The notes under the pieces were generated by a model, which was given only the letters and a program-made list of their open reading frames with translations, was not told the origin of the DNA and did not search any database. A stretch of 51,320 nucleotides of DNA, taken from Pelagibacteraceae bacterium. Lineage in GTDB: Bacteria > Pseudomonadota > Alphaproteobacteria > Pelagibacterales > Pelagibacteraceae. Below are positions 50,289 to 51,320 of this stretch, in pieces (position 1 is the first letter of the stretch; the number at the start of each line of letters is the position of its first letter). The stretch lies in contig NYVZ01000004.1 of NCBI GenBank assembly GCA_002684895.1, forward strand, positions 20,164 through 71,483. Direction: 5' to 3'. A program made the translations under genes and the position numbers.

Positions 50289-50740
50289 TGCATAAAATAA
50301 ATATTTGCTTGGGTTCTAAAATATGGATTAGAAATGTTCCTAAAATTGAAAATAAGATAAGGCAAATTTTAAAAAAGAGCATTATGACAGAGAAACTGTT
50401 TTTTAAAAAAAAAATAGAAATTACAGTTTTATTAACCAGGTCAAAAAAAATGAGATTTCTTAACTATAAATATCGAAAAATAAACAAGGATACTGATGTT
50501 TTATCATTTCCATGTGAAACGCCTATATTTTTTGAAAAGAAAATTATCCATAAGAATATATATTTAGGAGATATTGCTTTATCTTTTGATTATATAGCAA
50601 AACAAAATCAAAATTTTAATGACTATTTAAAAAAAATTTTAATACATGGCTTTCTTCATTTAATCGGACATAACCATGAAAGTAATAAGAGTTTTTTAAG
50701 AATGGAAAGAGCACAATCTAAAATAATAAATTTATTATGA
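50288..50740 (+). CDS. ybeY: rRNA maturation endoribonuclease YbeY
   Basis: LN..YR, TDVLSFP, LGDI, HGFLHLIGHNH metal motif. Confidence 0.96.
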   Translation: MHKINICLGSKIWIRNVPKIENKIRQILKKSIMTEKLFFKKKIEITVLLTRSKKMRFLNYKYRKINKDTDVLSFPCETPIFFEKKIIHKNIYLGDIALSFDYIAKQNQNFNDYLKKILIHGFLHLIGHNHESNKSFLRMERAQSKIINLL

Positions 50741-51320
50741 GCAAAAAAGAAAATATAAATATTATTTCTAAATTAATTAAAAAAGTAAATTTTTTAAATA
50801 ATAATAATCAAAGTTTAAGAGATAGTATTAAAGATGTAATTGATGAGAAATCACAAGCAGAAAGTTATGATGTAGATCTAAGTAAAAAGGAAAAATCGAT
50901 ATTATCTAACATTTTAAGTATTAACAAATTTAAAGTAGGAGACGCAATGATACCACGCGCTTCTATAATAGCTGTACAGCAAAATTATTCGTTTAAGGAA
51001 ATTACAAATATTATAAACAAAGAGTCTCACTCAAGAATGCCAGTTTATCGAAAAGACCTTGATGACATTTTAGGAATGGTTCATATTAAAGATATAATAA
51101 GGTTTTCGGGGTCACAAAGCGAAACTTTTGATATAAAAAGTATCTTAAGAGAAATTTTATTTGTTCCACCTACAATGCCAGTAATGAATCTTTTATTGAA
51201 AATGCAAGCAACCAAATTACATATGGCTCTAGTAATTGACGAGCATGGCGGTACAGATGGATTAATAACAATTGAAGATGTCATAGAAGAAATTGTGGGA
51301 GAAATAGAAGATGAGCACGA
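50737..51320 (+). CDS. corC: CorC/YbeX CBS-domain protein (3' truncated by window)
   Basis: ATG 50737 overlaps the ybeY stop; manual translation gives MIPRASI, HSRMPVY, GMVHIKD, IDEHGGTDGLITIEDVIEEIVGEIEDEH. Confidence 0.93.
   Translation, partial: MSKKENINIISKLIKKVNFLNNNNQSLRDSIKDVIDEKSQAESYDVDLSKKEKSILSNILSINKFKVGDAMIPRASIIAVQQNYSFKEITNIINKESHSRMPVYRKDLDDILGMVHIKDIIRFSGSQSETFDIKSILREILFVPPTMPVMNLLLKMQATKLHMALVIDEHGGTDGLITIEDVIEEIVGEIEDEH

Noticed and set aside
50506-50521. parS-like ATTTCCATGTGAAACG in ybeY
   Set aside because: Several mismatches and not palindromic; explained by the coding sequence
1-51320. CRISPR arrays, tRNA/rRNA genes, IS or prophage, defence systems, CtrA boxes, phase-variable A/T tracts
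   Set aside because: No repeat-spacer pattern, structural RNA gene or mobility gene was seen and spacers are too short to hold them; TTAA motifs and A/T runs are expected by chance at this AT content and the reading frames are intact

Overview
AT-rich, extremely gene-dense chromosomal segment of a streamlined marine alphaproteobacterium. Gene content, synteny, minimal spacers and a TPP riboswitch-ThiV module point to SAR11/Pelagibacterales (inferred, not database-confirmed). It is mostly core housekeeping: dnaQ(partial)-secB-fxsA-tim44-smr, hslUV, his operon, lolA-ftsK, ubi hydroxylase, mnmE-mnmG-rsmG-parA-parB, holA-lptE-leuS, dnaK-dnaJ-grpE, rph-rdgB, rsmI, maeB, murJ-trpS-usp-nfuA, tsaB-fur-miaB-phoH-ybeY-corC(partial). 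I saw no rRNA, tRNA, CRISPR array or mobile element. Features missing from the ORF track: a 35-aa ArfA-like ribosome-rescue ORF (27240-27347) translationally coupled behind an Fe-S-less (6-4) photolyase and a pseudo-receiver OmpR regulator; a perfect parS palindrome inside rsmG; a minimal TPP riboswitch that contains the thiV Shine-Dalgarno; and RpoH-type promoters before dnaK, grpE and hslV, with hrcA absent from its usual slot. Accessory enzymes of unknown substrate sit at operon tails: a divergent Sua5/YrdC protein, a Tat-like amidohydrolase with a GNAT, and an exported alpha/beta hydrolase.
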